From Squalus acanthias (Eukaryota), in NCBI GenBank assembly GCA_030390025.1, contig CM059431.1, positions 110,300,001 through 110,364,000 on the forward strand: a DNA stretch of 64,000 bases, given 5' to 3'. The notes beneath the pieces are model-generated. The model was not told the origin of the DNA, ran no database searches, and was given only the letters and a program-made list of their open reading frames with translations. This document shows positions 36,236 through 48,832 of the stretch, piece by piece. Numbering within the stretch: the stretch's first letter is position 1; each line of letters begins with the position of its first letter. The position numbers and the translations under genes are program-made.

Positions 36236-37358
36236 ATAATCAGTGTTAGAGATTTTGATATCGTTGACAGTCTTTTAGTAGATCATATGGAAGTTCAGTG
36301 CTCAGCATTATGAATCCCAGTTGCATTAATCATCAGTTAGCACAAATTACCCTGTCATTATTGATTGTCAAGATGTGGTCACTTTCAACAATTGCAGTTA
36401 ACTTTCGGAATGAATTTACTCAGGAGGAGGGAAATATTGCACCATGCCACAGCATACTTGATTCAGCCTCTGAATTCTAACCGCCCTAATTAATGGTTAC
36501 TCAATTGTTTTATATTTATTCAGCTGATTATCATTGCTCCCACACCACAGAGCCTTTAACTCATTACACTCAATTAGACACAATCAGACTTGTATTAATG
36601 CTTCTGAGCCGCACAAATACACATTTCAAGTGCCATGTAATCAGCTTGCAAGCTTTAATTGTGTTAATGCACTCTGAATTTTGAGTAATTTACACACAGC
36701 CCTGTTATATGTCTCATAACTCATTGTACTTATGATTCATTTGACAGAGGGCAGCATATATTGAGTGCAGCTAAGTGAATTACTAGCAACTGAGAGGCTT
36801 AAATTACATCATAAACTACAAAAGCAAATTTGAGTAGTTTGTATTTTGTCATCCGAACCCCAGGATTACATTACCACCTAAATTCACTTACAATTTTCCT
36901 CCTAATGCAGTGAATTTTCTTTTAAAATTGCGTTGATTAGCTACTGAGTGATGCAGTGTGTTTGCAGATTGTCTTTTCTCCTCTGGAGCCTGGGTTTCAA
37001 TACAGCCCGAACTGACGGTGGATAAAAGTCTTCCCCTATGTTGGACGTCGAGGTGAACTGTAAAATGAGCTGTTGTCTCAAGCCAGCTTTTGGTGGACAC
37101 GGTGCACAGCACAAAGATTCTCATTGCCAAGTTCACCCGGGCCTTAAAGAGGGGAGTGAGGGGAGTGGAAATGTTACATTGCAGTGGGAAGTGCTTTTCT
37201 GAGGTTGAGGTTATGGCACATTGTAGCAGTGAGGTGGAGGCTGTTTATCTCTGTCTGTCTGCCTTGTTCCTGATGCGGAGATGCCGGTGTTGGACTGGGG
37301 TGGACAAAAGTGAGAAGTCGCACAACACCAGGTTATAGTCCAACAGTTTTATTTGAAA

Positions 37359-37396
37359 TCACAAGCTTTCGGAGCGACCGCTCCTTCGTCAGGTGA
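37359..37396 (-). ncRNA. Minimal hammerhead ribozyme motif
   Basis: Reverse strand: TCAC-CTGACGA-A-GGAGC-ggtc-GCTCC-GAAAG-CTT-GTGA. Confidence 0.72.
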
Positions 37397-37419
37397 AGTA
37401 AAGGAATACCTCCTTTACT

Positions 37420-37457
37420 TCACCTGACGAAGGAGCGGTCGCTCCGAAAGCTTGTGA
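37420..37457 (+). ncRNA. Minimal hammerhead ribozyme motif
   Basis: TCAC-CTGACGA-A-GGAGC-ggtc-GCTCC-GAAAG-CTT-GTGA. Confidence 0.72.
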
Positions 37458-38004
37458 TTTCAAATAAAACTGTTGGACTATAACCTGGTGTTGTGCGACT
37501 TCTCACTTTTGCCTTGTTCCTGACCAGCGAGTGCTTCGTGATGACACCGGTTTCCAAAATGTAAATGGTTCCATGCTCCAGTCTATCAGGTGGTGAGCAG
37601 AAAATAAAGTATTTTGTATTCTTCTTCGACGAAAATGCGTTCTGATATTTGAAAGTGCTATATAAGATTTATTTCCACAAGAGGTAGGAGGAAAATTCAC
37701 TATCACTATACACATATAGAGCAAGCAATTTGTTAAGTGATTTATTGCTCAGATCTGCTGAGAATCCAACAGTTTCACTGCCTTTGGGACTTTTTATGCG
37801 AAATTGTGGGATTCGGGTTCATATCTGTGCTTCTGGAAGTACAGGCACATGTTATAGTGATTACCACACTCCACTTGGAATTTCACTTCCTAAAAGAAGA
37901 TGAGCAAGTTGGTCAGGCAGGATTCCTCTTCTGAATCCATGCTGGCTGCTGTTTACTAAGTTGTTATTGTTCAAAAGAATCTTCCAAGTTTATTCCTGAT
38001 AATA

Positions 38005-38460
38005 GTGTCAGCTGTGGCTCAGTTGGTAGCACCCTTGCCTCTGAGGTTAGCAGGTTCAAGTCCCACTCCAGGGACTTCAGCACATAAAGCTAGGCTGACG
38101 CTCCAGTGCAGTGCTGAGGGAGTGCTGCACTGTCGGAGGTGCCGTCTTTCGGACGAGACACTAAACCGAGGCCCCGTCTGCTCTCTCAGGTGGACGTAAA
38201 AGATCCCATGGCACTATTTCGAAGAAGAGCAGGGGAGTTATCCCCGGTGTCCTGGCCAATATTTATCCCTCAACCAACATAACAAAAACAGATTATCTGG
38301 TCATTATCACATTGCTGTTTGTGGGAGCTTGCTGTGCGCAAATTGGCTGCCACGTTACAACAGTGACTCCACTTCAAAAAGTACTTCATTGGCTGTAAAG
38401 CGCTTTGAGATGTCCGGTAGTCATGAAAGGCGCTATATAAATGCAAGTCTTTCTTTTTTT
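38005..38460 (+). mobile_element. Full-length Deu-domain SINE
   Basis: A box (tggctcagttgg), B box (ggttcaagtccc), Deu core and T-rich tail; CpGs well preserved. Confidence 0.85.
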
Positions 38461-38699
38461 CTTAATATTAATTATTTTACATGGATTTGAAGCAAGACTA
38501 TTTGATCGGTAGTTGCCTGTGTTTGAGTTGTTGCTCTTTTTGTTTATGGGCACCACATTAAAGACAGTTTCCAATTTACTGGTAGCCTCCCAGAGTAGTT
38601 CATTGTGAACTTTTCTATTTTCCACAGGATGAACTGATTTTACTCCCCATGTGTCCCTAACATGTAGGACTACACCACCTCCATTTCTGACCATCTATA

Positions 38700-39247
38700 C
38701 TGTGTACCGTTTTTGGTCTCCTTACCTAAGGATGGATATACTTGCCTTAGAGGAAGTGCAACAAAGGTTCACCAGACTGATTCTGTGGATGAGAGGATTG
38801 TCCTATGAGGAAAGATTGAATAGACTAGGCCTATATTCCTGAAAGTTTAGAAGAATGAGAGGTGATCTCATTGAAACATCTAAAATTCTTAAGGGGCTTG
38901 ACGGTAGATTCTGGGAGGAAGTTTCCTCTGGCTGGGGAGTCTAAAACTGGGAGTCACAGTCTCAGAATAAGGGATCGGCCATTTAAGACTGAGATGAGGA
39001 GAAATTTCTTCACTCAAAGGGTTGTGAATCTTTGGAATTCTCTACCCCAGAGGGCTGTGATGCTCAGTCGTTGAGTATATTCAAGGCAGAGATTGATAGA
39101 TTTTTGGATACTAATTGACTCAAGGGATATGGGGATAGTGCAGGAAGGTGGAGATGAGGCAGAAGATCAGCCATGATCTTATTGAATGGCGGAGCAGGCT
39201 CGAAGGGCCAAATGGCCTACTCCTGCTCCTAATTCTTATGTTCTTAT
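38700..39247 (+). mobile_element. CR1-type LINE 3' fragment
   Basis: FWSPYLRMDILALEEVQQRFTRLI..GLSYEERLNRLGLYS; RRNFFTQRVVNLWNSLP; (cttatgtt)n tail. Confidence 0.85.
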
Positions 39248-39644
39248 ACTCCTATATAATTGTTACAATGCTCAGGAGTCAGTCATGCTTCAGATATTCA
39301 TATTGTCGATACAGCATTGCTCCCAAATTATGATTCAACTACCTGTGCAGATGGATTATCCTTCTTTGCCTCTGTATGCACACATATCTTATAATACAGC
39401 AAGAAAAATGAGGAGAATACCATTTCATTCATAGTTTTCTAAATAATAACTATGCAATCTACAAAGCAACAACACAGCGTTGTGCTCTTAAGTCTCTCCC
39501 AGACAAACACTTGAGAAAATCGAGCACAAGTTGTCAGGCCACCATCAAATATGCAGAAGTATTAACAGTGTGTCATAACGATCAAGGCAAAGGCTAAACT
39601 GTAAAACATGAGCATTACTTAATTTCTTACAAGAAGCATTTCAT

Positions 39645-40197
39645 TACATAGCATTACATAGTATTTTCAGCACAGAAATAGGCCATTTAGCCCAACAGGT
39701 CCATGCTGGGGTTTATACTCCACACGAGCCTCCTCCCACCCTTCTTCATCCAACCCCATCAACATATCCTTCTATTCCTTTCTCCCTTATGTGTTTATCT
39801 AATTTCCCCTTAAATACATCAATGCTATTTGTCTCAATTACTCCTTGTGGTAGCGAGTTACATATTCTAATCAGTCTCTGGGTAAAGAAGTTTCTCGTGA
39901 ATTCCTTATTGTATTTATTAGTGACTATCTTATAGTCATGGCCCCTAGTTCTGGTCTCCCCCCAAAAGTGGAAACATCTTCTCTACATCTACCCTATCAA
40001 ACCCTTTCATAATCTTAAAGACCTCTATCAGGTCACCCCTCAGCCTTCTCTTTTCTATAGAAAAAAGCTCCAGCCTGTTCAGTCTTTCATGATAGTTATA
40101 ACCTCTCAGTTCTGGTATCAATCTAGTAAATCTTTTTAGCACCTTCTCCAGTGCCTCTATATCCTTTTTATAATATGGAGACCAGAACTGTTCACAG
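39645..40197 (-). mobile_element. CR1-type LINE 3' fragment
   Basis: KRFTRLIPELRGYNYHERLNRLELFSIEKRRLRGDLIEVFKIMKG on the minus strand. Confidence 0.85.
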
Positions 40198-41431
40198 TAT
40201 ATTATAGGTTAATGTTAGATTGTGTCCATGATTTAAGTTAACTGCGCAAAAACAAATGGCAGAAAATACAATTGGCAGAAGAGAAATTTGCCTCCACTAG
40301 GCCAGTTTATGATTGACCAATCAACCCGTGGAATCTACGTTCATCCGTCTGCACAGATGAGAACGTTGGAGACCATTTTACATTCAGAGGTCTTGAGTGG
40401 TTTCCAAGTAGCCATTTTGAGCAGGAATACTTAAATCCCGCAATGCCTGGCCTGTAGCTGTATGGAAAAAGCCATGCCAAGTCAAACACAGTCATCTCTA
40501 CCTTTCTGGAAATCCTGTTGCGGCATGTGTGAGAACCCATTCTTCTATTGTTTTTGTACTTTTGCCATACCTCAGTGCTGGGCCTGTGTTCTTGTGAGGA
40601 CCTGTTGCGTGCGTGCCAACAAGATAGCAGACTTTGAACCCAGATCTCGCAGTTGATGTGCAGAATACATACATTAGCTGTGTGGTAACGTGACAGTTTA
40701 ACTTCATGAGAAGTTTTTAAAAATTCATGTTTTCTCCTCACACCCTTTCTCTTACAAGCAATAGTTTCTGCACCAATGGCTGCACACATATCACCGTCCA
40801 GAATAAAAACGACCCATTTTATTCAGACCTTCTCAATTCTCGTTCCAGCTACGAATGGCAAGTTTGAAAGATCATCGTCCCATAGCAGCTGCTGTAGGTT
40901 TGCTTAAATGTTACCGTATCAAAAATATTCCATGTGCCACCACATAAAAACAACTGGAAGGAATTTAAAGGAAAACCCCCTGTCTCAAAGAAAATAAGTC
41001 GGAGAACATGGACTTAGCAAACTTAACGGTGGTGTTTTTACAATTTCTTGGCTGTAGATCGGACTAACAATAATTTTATCAGCCAGACTCTGCAAGAGCA
41101 AACAGCCATTTTGTCCAAATGTTCACAGGAGATTTATACAACAGAAAATGAATTGAATGCAGCTTTAAAGCTCGCCTTATGGATCTCAAGGAAAAAGTGT
41201 GACTGATTTTTAAACCACTGTATTGTGGTGTCATGAAGTCATGTATCAGTGTAGTCAGAAGAAATAGTCTGGACTGAGATTTTATCAGTTTTCTTTTTTC
41301 TTCCTCGGCAAACTGCATTTGACAATAACAGAAACTCAACACACTATTATTTTAAACTAGAGGAACGCGAGTTACCCTTGTTTTTTTCAAGCACATCAAT
41401 TTTGTTTTATCCAGGCAAGGTATATAATATT

Positions 41432-42819
41432 GGCCCGGATTTTGCAGTTAGCGGCGAACGAACGGCGCTCGCCGTTCATTACGTTTACAGCTGCCCACAG
41501 ACTTTTGGTGGGCATCTTACGGTCATCGGGAATCTGACACAGCACGGCACCCTCTACAGGGGATCTGGGACCTGTGTGAACAGGGCAAGCAACAGTCTAT
41601 CTCCTCAACCAATCAGACTGAAGAATCCTTACTGAGGACGCAGAGTCTAAACCAGGAAGTGTACGTGATTTTACATTCAATTAAATATTCTTACTTACTC
41701 TTCCTGGTTTAGACTCTGCAGCCGCGATTTTATCAATGGATGGGGGTTGGGTGCGGGTCAGGTGGTTTCCGGCTTCCAGTCCCGCCCCCAACTGCATCCG
41801 GCCCACAGATGTGATTTTACATTGATTGACCTTGTTAAGCCTGCCCTGCGGGCTTGCCGGCCAATTAAGAGGAAGCAGGGTCAGATGACATCATTTGATG
41901 ACGCGTCATCTGCCGGTTTCCTTAAAGGGACCACGCACAATCGTTTTTTGACAGTTGGTTTCTCAGTGTTTGACAGCATTGAGGTGCTGCAAACACTGAC
42001 AATCACTGCACAAAGGTGAGCTCTTGCACCCAGGCTCTCCAATGACTCCCTCCATAGGCTGGAATAGATGGCAGCTGCAGGTGAGGTGACAGAAGCGATC
42101 TGTCACTGGTGAGAGAGGTTCTCCCAATGAGGTGACACTGCACATGGATTTCAAAACTTGTAGCCTAAAGAAATATGTAAATGTATTAAAAATGCATTTC
42201 CCAACATTTTCTTGCCTCTGAGACTCACCAGCGCACCATTGGATCCTTCACACCACTTCTGCAGCTGTCATCAATCCAGAAACATTACAGCAGACTCACA
42301 ACACACCACACTTACCTGGCGTGGTGTCCGGACGTCGGGAAACCCGAGCCAGAAGCGTCAAAATTCAAAAAGAGCCTGTCAACTACTAGCAACTACCTGT
42401 TAATAGGCAGGTAATTGCCTTTAATCCTCTTCCCGCCGCTAGGTGTCGGGTCCATGCGCAACTCGGGGACCCGACACTTGGGAAAATTGTTAGAAGGCGG
42501 GTGGACGGCGGGATCGCAACCCGCCGTCAATCAAAACGATTTTAACCTTTGACCCGTCTCCAAACCCGCCCTCTGAGCGCTGGCAAAATCCAGCCCTGCG
42601 TGTCTCAGTAAGGATTCTTCAATCTGATTGGTTGAGGATTCACGCTGTTGCTTGCCCTGTTCACACAGGTCCCAGATCCCCTGTAGAGGGCGCCGCGCTG
42701 TGTCAGATTCGCGATGACCGTAAGATGCCGCTCAAAAGCCCACCAAAAGTCTGTGGGCAGCTGTAAGTGTAATGAACAGCGAGCGCCGTTCGTTCGCCGC
42801 TAACTGCAAAATCCGGGCC
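41432..42819. mobile_element. Fold-back Harbinger-type MITE (arms ~230 bp) with a nested insertion
   Basis: GGCCCGGATTTTGCAGTTAGCGGCGAACGAACGGCGCTC is mirrored at 42781-42819; the right arm is split at 41719/42597. Confidence 0.85.
41720..42596. mobile_element. Nested non-autonomous Harbinger-type element
   Basis: TGC duplicated at 41717-41719 and 42597-42599; termini AGCCGCGATTTT / AAAATCCAGCCC; internal block shared with 1-752 and 53684-54472. Confidence 0.75.
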
Positions 42820-43569
42820 AATCTGTTTAAGATTAGCCTCAGCACCCGTCATTGCATCACTCTCAAACTAATCATGATGTACAGCATGGCGAATAATTTG
42901 TACTTTCTTACTTGCAATCACTTAAATGGAATCTTTATGGTCGACTGTACCATCATGCCTTGGGTGTACTACACAAACAACTCTTGTATTTAACCTTTGG
43001 ACCAGTTAGCTTTGGTATGTATGTTTTGATAAAAGTCTGAAATTTTCTTTTCAAAGAGAATCACTGTAGGCATTAACTGACATCTTATTGGTCCAGGTGA
43101 TTTATGGGTAGGCAAGTAGGGTCATATCGAAGCAAGGTCAATAAAGGCAGATGTCAGAAAGTTGCTCAAAATATTTACTGTCTTTTCTTAAACTCACAGC
43201 CTAGTTTTCTCTCATTTGCCCATTGCCTTTGCCAGTCCATGGACCCTAATCGTTAAAGAATGCAAGTTTTGAAGGGAACTCCAAATTTTACCATTATAAA
43301 CGATATACATGTAATGCCTGAATGATTATTAACAACCTGAGCCTTTTGTGTTCTGTTAATGGTCAAAAACTATAGTAATAATTTGAATTTCTCCATGTAA
43401 TTAGACAACATTTTAATGTCAGGAAGTAAAATAAACCTGTAACATTTAATCTTGTTTTCACTCACTAGTCACCTAATCCTGAGCCTGACAATGTGGAGGA
43501 GTTGAGCTAACATCCATAATGACACAAATCATTAATCCAAGGTCTTTCAGTTTTAATCAACTTTAACTT

Positions 43570-45996
43570 TGTGTGTCTTTGTGTGCCTATGTGTGTGTGT
43601 GTCTGTGTGTGTGTGTCTGTGTGTGTGTGTGTCTGTGTGTGTGTGTGTGTGTGTGCCTGTGTGTGTGTGTCTGTGTGTGTGTGTCTGTGTGTGTGTGTGT
43701 GTCTGCGTGTGTGTGTGTGTGTGTCTGCGTGTGTCTGTGTGTGTGTGTGTGTCTGTGTCTGTGTCTGTGTGTGTGTGTGTCTGTGTGTGTGTTTGTGTCT
43801 GTGTGTGTGTGTGTCTGTGTGTATGTGTGTGTGCCTGTGTGTGTGTGTCTGTGTGTGTGTGTGTGTGTGTCTGTGTGTGTGTCTGTGTGTGTGTGTGTGT
43901 GTCTGCATGTGTGTGTGTGTGTGTCTGTGTGTCTGCGTGTGTCTGTGTGTGTGTGTGTCTGTGTGTGTGTGTGTGTGTCTGTGTGTGTGTGTCTGTGTGT
44001 GTGTGTGTGTGTGTGTCTGTGTGTGTGTGTGTGTGTGTCTGCGTGTGTCTGTGTGTGTGTGTGTGTCTGTGTGTGTCTGTGTGCATGTGTGTGTGTGTGT
44101 CTGTGTGTGTGTGTGTGTGTCTCTGTGTGCGTGTGTGTCTGTGTCTGTGTGTGTGTGTGTGTCTGTGTGTGTGTGTCTCTGTGTGTGTGTGTGTCTGTGT
44201 GCATGTGTGTGTGTGTCTGTGTGTGTCTGTGTGTGTGTCTGTGTGTGTGTGTCTGTCTGTGAGTGTGTGTCTGTGTGTGTCTGTCTGTGAGTGTGTGTCT
44301 GTGCGTGTCTGTCTGTGTCTGTGTGTCATTCTGTGTGCGTCTGTGTGTGTGTGCGTGTGTCTGTGTGTGTCTGTCTGTGTCTGTGTGTCATTCTGTGTGC
44401 ATCTGTGTGTGTGCGTGTGTGTCTGTGTGTGTCTGTCTGTGTCTGTGTGTCATTCTGTGTGCGTCTGTGTGTGTGTGCGTGTGTCTGTGTGTGTGAGTGT
44501 GTGTCAGTGTGTGTGTGTGTGTGTGTCTGTCTGTGAGTGTGTGTGTGTGTGTGTGTCTGTGTGCGTGTGTGTCTGTGTGTGTGTGTCTGTGTGTGTGTCT
44601 GTGTGTGTGTGTGTCTGTGTGTGTGTCTGTGTGTGTGTGTCTGTGTGTGTGTGTGTGTCTGTGTGTGTGTCTGTGTGTGTGTGTGTTTCTGTGTGTGTGT
44701 GTCTGTGTCTGTGTGTGTGTGTGTTTCTGTGTGTGTGTGTGTGTGTGTGTCTGTGTGTGTGTGTGTCTGTGTGTCTGTCTGTGTGTGTGTGTCTGTCCGT
44801 GTGTGTGTGTGTCTGTGTGCCTGTCTATCTGTGTGTGTGAGTGTGTGTGTGTGTGTCTGTCCGTGTGTGTGTGTGTGTCTGTCTGTGTGTGTGTGTGTCT
44901 GTCTGTGTGTGTGCGTGTGTGTGTCTGTGTGTGTCTGTGTGTGTCTCTGTGTGTGTGTGTGTGTGTGTGTATGTGTGTGTGTCTGTGTGTGTGTGTGTGT
45001 CTGTCTGTCTGTGTGTGTCTGTGTGTGTCTGTGTGTGTGTGTGTGTGTCTGTGTGTGTGTGTGTGTGTCTGTCTGTGTGTGTCTGTGTGTGTCTCTGTGT
45101 GTGTGTGTCTGTGTGCCTGTCTATCTGTGTGTGTGAGTGTGTGTGTGTGTGTCTGTCCGTGTGTGTGTGTGTGTCTGTCTGTGTGTGTGTGTGTCTGTCT
45201 GTGTGTGTGTGTGTGTGTCTGTCTGTGTCTGTGTGTCTGTCTGTGTGTGTGTGTGTGTGTGTCTGTCTGTGTGCGTGTGTGTGTCTGTTTGTGTGTGTGT
45301 GTCTGTGTGTGTGTGTGTCTGTGTGTGTGTCTGTGTGCCTGTCTATCTGTGTGTGTGTGTGGGTGTGTGTGTGTGCGTGTGTCTGTCCGTGTGTGAGTGT
45401 GTGTCTGTGTCTGTGTGTGTGTGTGTGTCTGTGTGTGCGTGTGTCTGTGTGTGTGTGTGTGCGTGTGTCTGTGTGTGTGTGTGTGTGTGTGTCTGTCTGT
45501 GAGTGTGTCTGTGTGTGTGTCTGTGTGTGTGTGTGTGTCTGTGTGTGTGTGTGTCTGTTAGTGTGTTTCTGTGTGTGTGTGTGTCTGTGTGTGTGTGTGT
45601 GTGTGTCTGTGTGTGTGTCTGTGTGTGTGTCTGTGTTTGTGTGTGTGTCTGTGTGTGTGTGTGTCTGTGTGTGTGTGTGTCTGTGAGTGTGTTCTGTGTG
45701 TGTGTGTGTGTGTGTGTGTGTCTGTGTGTGTGTGTGTGTGTGTGTGTCTGTGTGTGTGAGTGTGTGTGTGTGTGTGTCTGTGTGTGTGAGTGTGTGTGTG
45801 TGTGTGTCTGTGTGTGTGTGTGTCTGTGTCTGTGTGTGTGTGTGTGTGTGTCTGTGTGTGTGAGTGTGTGTGTGTCTGTGTGTGTGAGTGTGTGTCTGTG
45901 AGTGTGTGTGTGTGTGTCTGTGAGTGTGTGTGTGTGTCTGTGAGTGTGTCTGTGTGTGTGTCTGTGAGTGTGTGTGTGTGTCTGTTAGTGTGTTTC

Positions 45997-46032
<36 letters not shown>

Positions 46033-46674
46033 TGTGTGTGTGTGTGTGTCTGTGTGTGTGTGTGTGTGTGCCTGTGTGTGTGTGTCTGTCTGTGTGTGTG
46101 TGTGTGTCTGTCTGTGTGTGTGTCTGTGTGTGTGTGTGTGTCTGTGTGCCTGTCTATCTGTGTGTGTGAGTGTGTCTATGTGTGTGTCTGTCTGTCTGTG
46201 AGTGTGTCTGTGTGTGTGTCTGTGTGTGTGTTTCTGTGTGTGTGTGTGTGTGATATGTGTGTCTGTGTGTGCGTCTGTATGTGCGTCTGTATGTGTGTTT
46301 GTGTGCCTGTGTGTGTGTGTGTGTCTGTGTGTGTATGCGTGTCTGTGTGTGTGCCTGTGTGTGTGTCTGTCTGTGTGTGTGTGTGTGTGTGTGTCTGTGT
46401 GTCTGTGTTTGTGTGTGTTTGTCTGTGTGTCTGTCTGTGTGTGTCTATGTGTGTGTGTCTGTGTGTGTCTGTGTGTGTGTCTGTGTGTGTGTGTGTGTGT
46501 CTGTGTGTGTGTCTGTGTGTGTGTCTGTGTGTGTGTCTGTGTGTGTGTGTGTCTGTGTGTGTGTGTCTGTGTGTGTGTGTCTGTGTGTGTCTGTGTGTGT
46601 GTCTGTGTGTGTGTGTGTCTGTGTGTGTGTGTGTGTGTCTGTGTGTGTGTGTCTGTGTGTGTGTGTGTGTCTGT

Positions 46675-46706
<32 letters not shown>

Positions 46707-47649
46707 CTGTGTGTGTGTCTGTATGTGCGTGTCTGTGTGTGTGTGTGTCTGTGTGTCTGTGTGTGTCTGTGTGTGTGTGTGTGTGTGTCTGTGTGTGTGT
46801 CTGTGTGTGTGTCTGTGTGTGTGTGTCTGTGTGTGTGTCTGTGTGTCTGTCTGTGTGTGTGTGTGTGTGTCTGTCTGTGTCTGTGTGTCTGTCTGTGTGT
46901 GTGTGTGTGTGTGTCTGTCTGTGTGCGTGTGTGTGTCTGTTTGTGTGTGTGTGTCTGTGTGTGTGTGTGTCTGTGTGTGTGTCTGTGTGCCCGTCTATCT
47001 GTGAGTGTGTGTGGGTGTGTGTGTGTGCGTGTGTCTGTCCGTGTGTGAGTGTGTGTCTGTGTCTGTGTGTGTGTGTGTGTCTGTGTGTGCGTGTGTCTGT
47101 GTGTGTGTGTGTGCGTGTGTCTGTGTGTGTGTGTGTGTGTGTGTCTGTCTGTGAGTGTGTCTGTGTGTGTGTCTGTGTGTGTGTGTGTGTCTGTGTGTGT
47201 GTGTGTCTGTTAGTGTGTTTCTGTGTGTGTGTGTGTCTGTGTGTGTGTGTGTGTGTGTCTGTGTGTGTGTCTGTGTGTGTGTCTGTGTTTGTGTGTGTGT
47301 CTGTGTGTGTGTGTGTCTGTGTGTGTGTGTGTCTGTTAGTGTGTTTCTGTGTGTGTGTGTGTGTGTGTCTGTGTCTGTGTGTGTGTGTGTGTGTGTGTGT
47401 CTGTGTGTGTGAGTGTGTGTGTGTGTGTGTCTGTGTGTGTGAGTGTGTGTGTGTGTGTGTCTGTGTGTGTGTGTGTCTGTGTCTGTGTGTGTGTGTGTGT
47501 GTGTCTGTGTGTGTGAGTGTGTGTGTGTCTGTGTGTGTGAGTGTGTGTCTGTGAGTGTGTGTGTGTGTGTCTGTGAGTGTGTGTGTGTGTCTGTGAGTGT
47601 GTCTGTGTGTGTGTCTGTGAGTGTGTGTGTGTGTCTGTTAGTGTGTTTC

Positions 47650-47685
<36 letters not shown>

Positions 47686-48020
47686 TGTGTGTGTGTGTGT
47701 GTCTGTGTGTGTGTGTGTGTGTGCCTGTGTGTGTGTGTCTGTCTGTGTGTGTGTGTGTGTCTGTCTGTGTGTGTGTCTGTGTGTGTGTGTGTGTCTGTGT
47801 GCCTGTCTATCTGTGTGTGTGAGTGTGTCTATGTGTGTGTCTGTCTGTCTGTGAGTGTGTCTGTGTGTGTGTCTGTGTGTGTGTTTCTGTGTGTGTGTGT
47901 GTGTGATATGTGTGTCTGTGTGTGCGTCTGTATGTGCGTCTGTATGTGTGTTTGTGTGCCTGTGTGTGTGTGTGTGTCTGTGTGTGTATGCGTGTCTGTG
48001 TGTGTGCCTGTGTGTGTGTC

Positions 48021-48051
<31 letters not shown>

Positions 48052-48343
48052 CTGTGTGTCTGTGTTTGTGTGTGTTTGTCTGTGTGTCTGTCTGTGTGTG
48101 TCTATGTGTGTGTGTCTGTGTGTGTCTGTGTGTGTGTCTGTGTGTGTGTGTGTGTGTCTGTGTGTGTGTCTGTGTGTGTCTGTGTGTGTGTCTGTGTGTG
48201 TGTCTGTGTGTGTGTGTGTCTGTGTGTGTGTGTCTGTGTGTGTGTGTCTGTGTGTGTCTGTGTGTGTGTCTGTGTGTGTGTGTGTCTGTGTGTGTGTGTG
48301 TGTGTGTCTGTGTGTGTGTGTCTGTGTGTGTGTGTGTGTCTGT

Positions 48344-48375
<32 letters not shown>

Positions 48376-48676
48376 CTGTGTGTGTGTCTGTATGTGCGTG
48401 TCTGTGTGTGTGTGTGTCTGTGTGTCTGTGTGTGTCTGTGTGTGTGTGTGTGTGTGTCTGTGTGTGTGTCTGTGTGTGTGTCTGTGTGTGTGTGTCTGTG
48501 TGTGTGTCTGTGTGTGTGTGTCTGTGTGTGTGTGTGTCTGTGTGTGTGTGTCTGTGTGTGTGTCTGTGTGTGTGTCTGTGTGTGTGTGTCTGTGTGTGTG
48601 TCTGTGTGTGTGTGTCTGTGTGTGTGTGTCTGTGTGTGTGTGTCTGTGTGTGTGTGTGTGTCTGTGTGTGTGTGTG
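43570..48676. repeat. ~5.1-kb compound (TG)n/(TGTC) microsatellite array
   Basis: Directly visible. Confidence 0.98.
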
Positions 48677-48832
48677 TTCCTACCTCTTTGACCAAGCATT
48701 TGGTCATCTGTCCTGATATCTCCTTCTGTGGCTCGGTGTCAAAAATGTTTTTATTGATATTGAGTTTGTTAAGTGCCTTGGGATATTTTGCTACATAAAT
48801 GCACTATATAAATGTAAGTTGTTGTTGTTGTT
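48677..48832 (+). mobile_element. L2-type LINE 3' terminal fragment
   Basis: cctacctctttgaccaagcatttggtca...tataaatgtaagttgttgttgttg. Confidence 0.75.

Larger units (their letters stand above)
37274..37509 (-). mobile_element. Fold-back Penelope-like element, family A; perfect 101-bp arms
   Basis: 14-bp TSD TGCCTTGTTCCTGA (37260-37273, 37510-37523); arms 37305-37405 and 37411-37511 with a 5-nt loop. Confidence 0.85.

Noticed and set aside
38005..38070. tRNA genes at SINE heads (also 1485, 16275, 19336, 51981)
   Set aside because: A/B boxes run straight into SINE bodies; no complete cloverleaf.
40307..40789. 160-aa minus-strand ORF
   Set aside because: No recognisable motif and no supporting exon structure.
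43507..48798. Long Cys/Val- and His/Thr-rich ORFs (up to 451 aa)
   Set aside because: Translation artefacts of the (TG)n array, which contains few stop codons.
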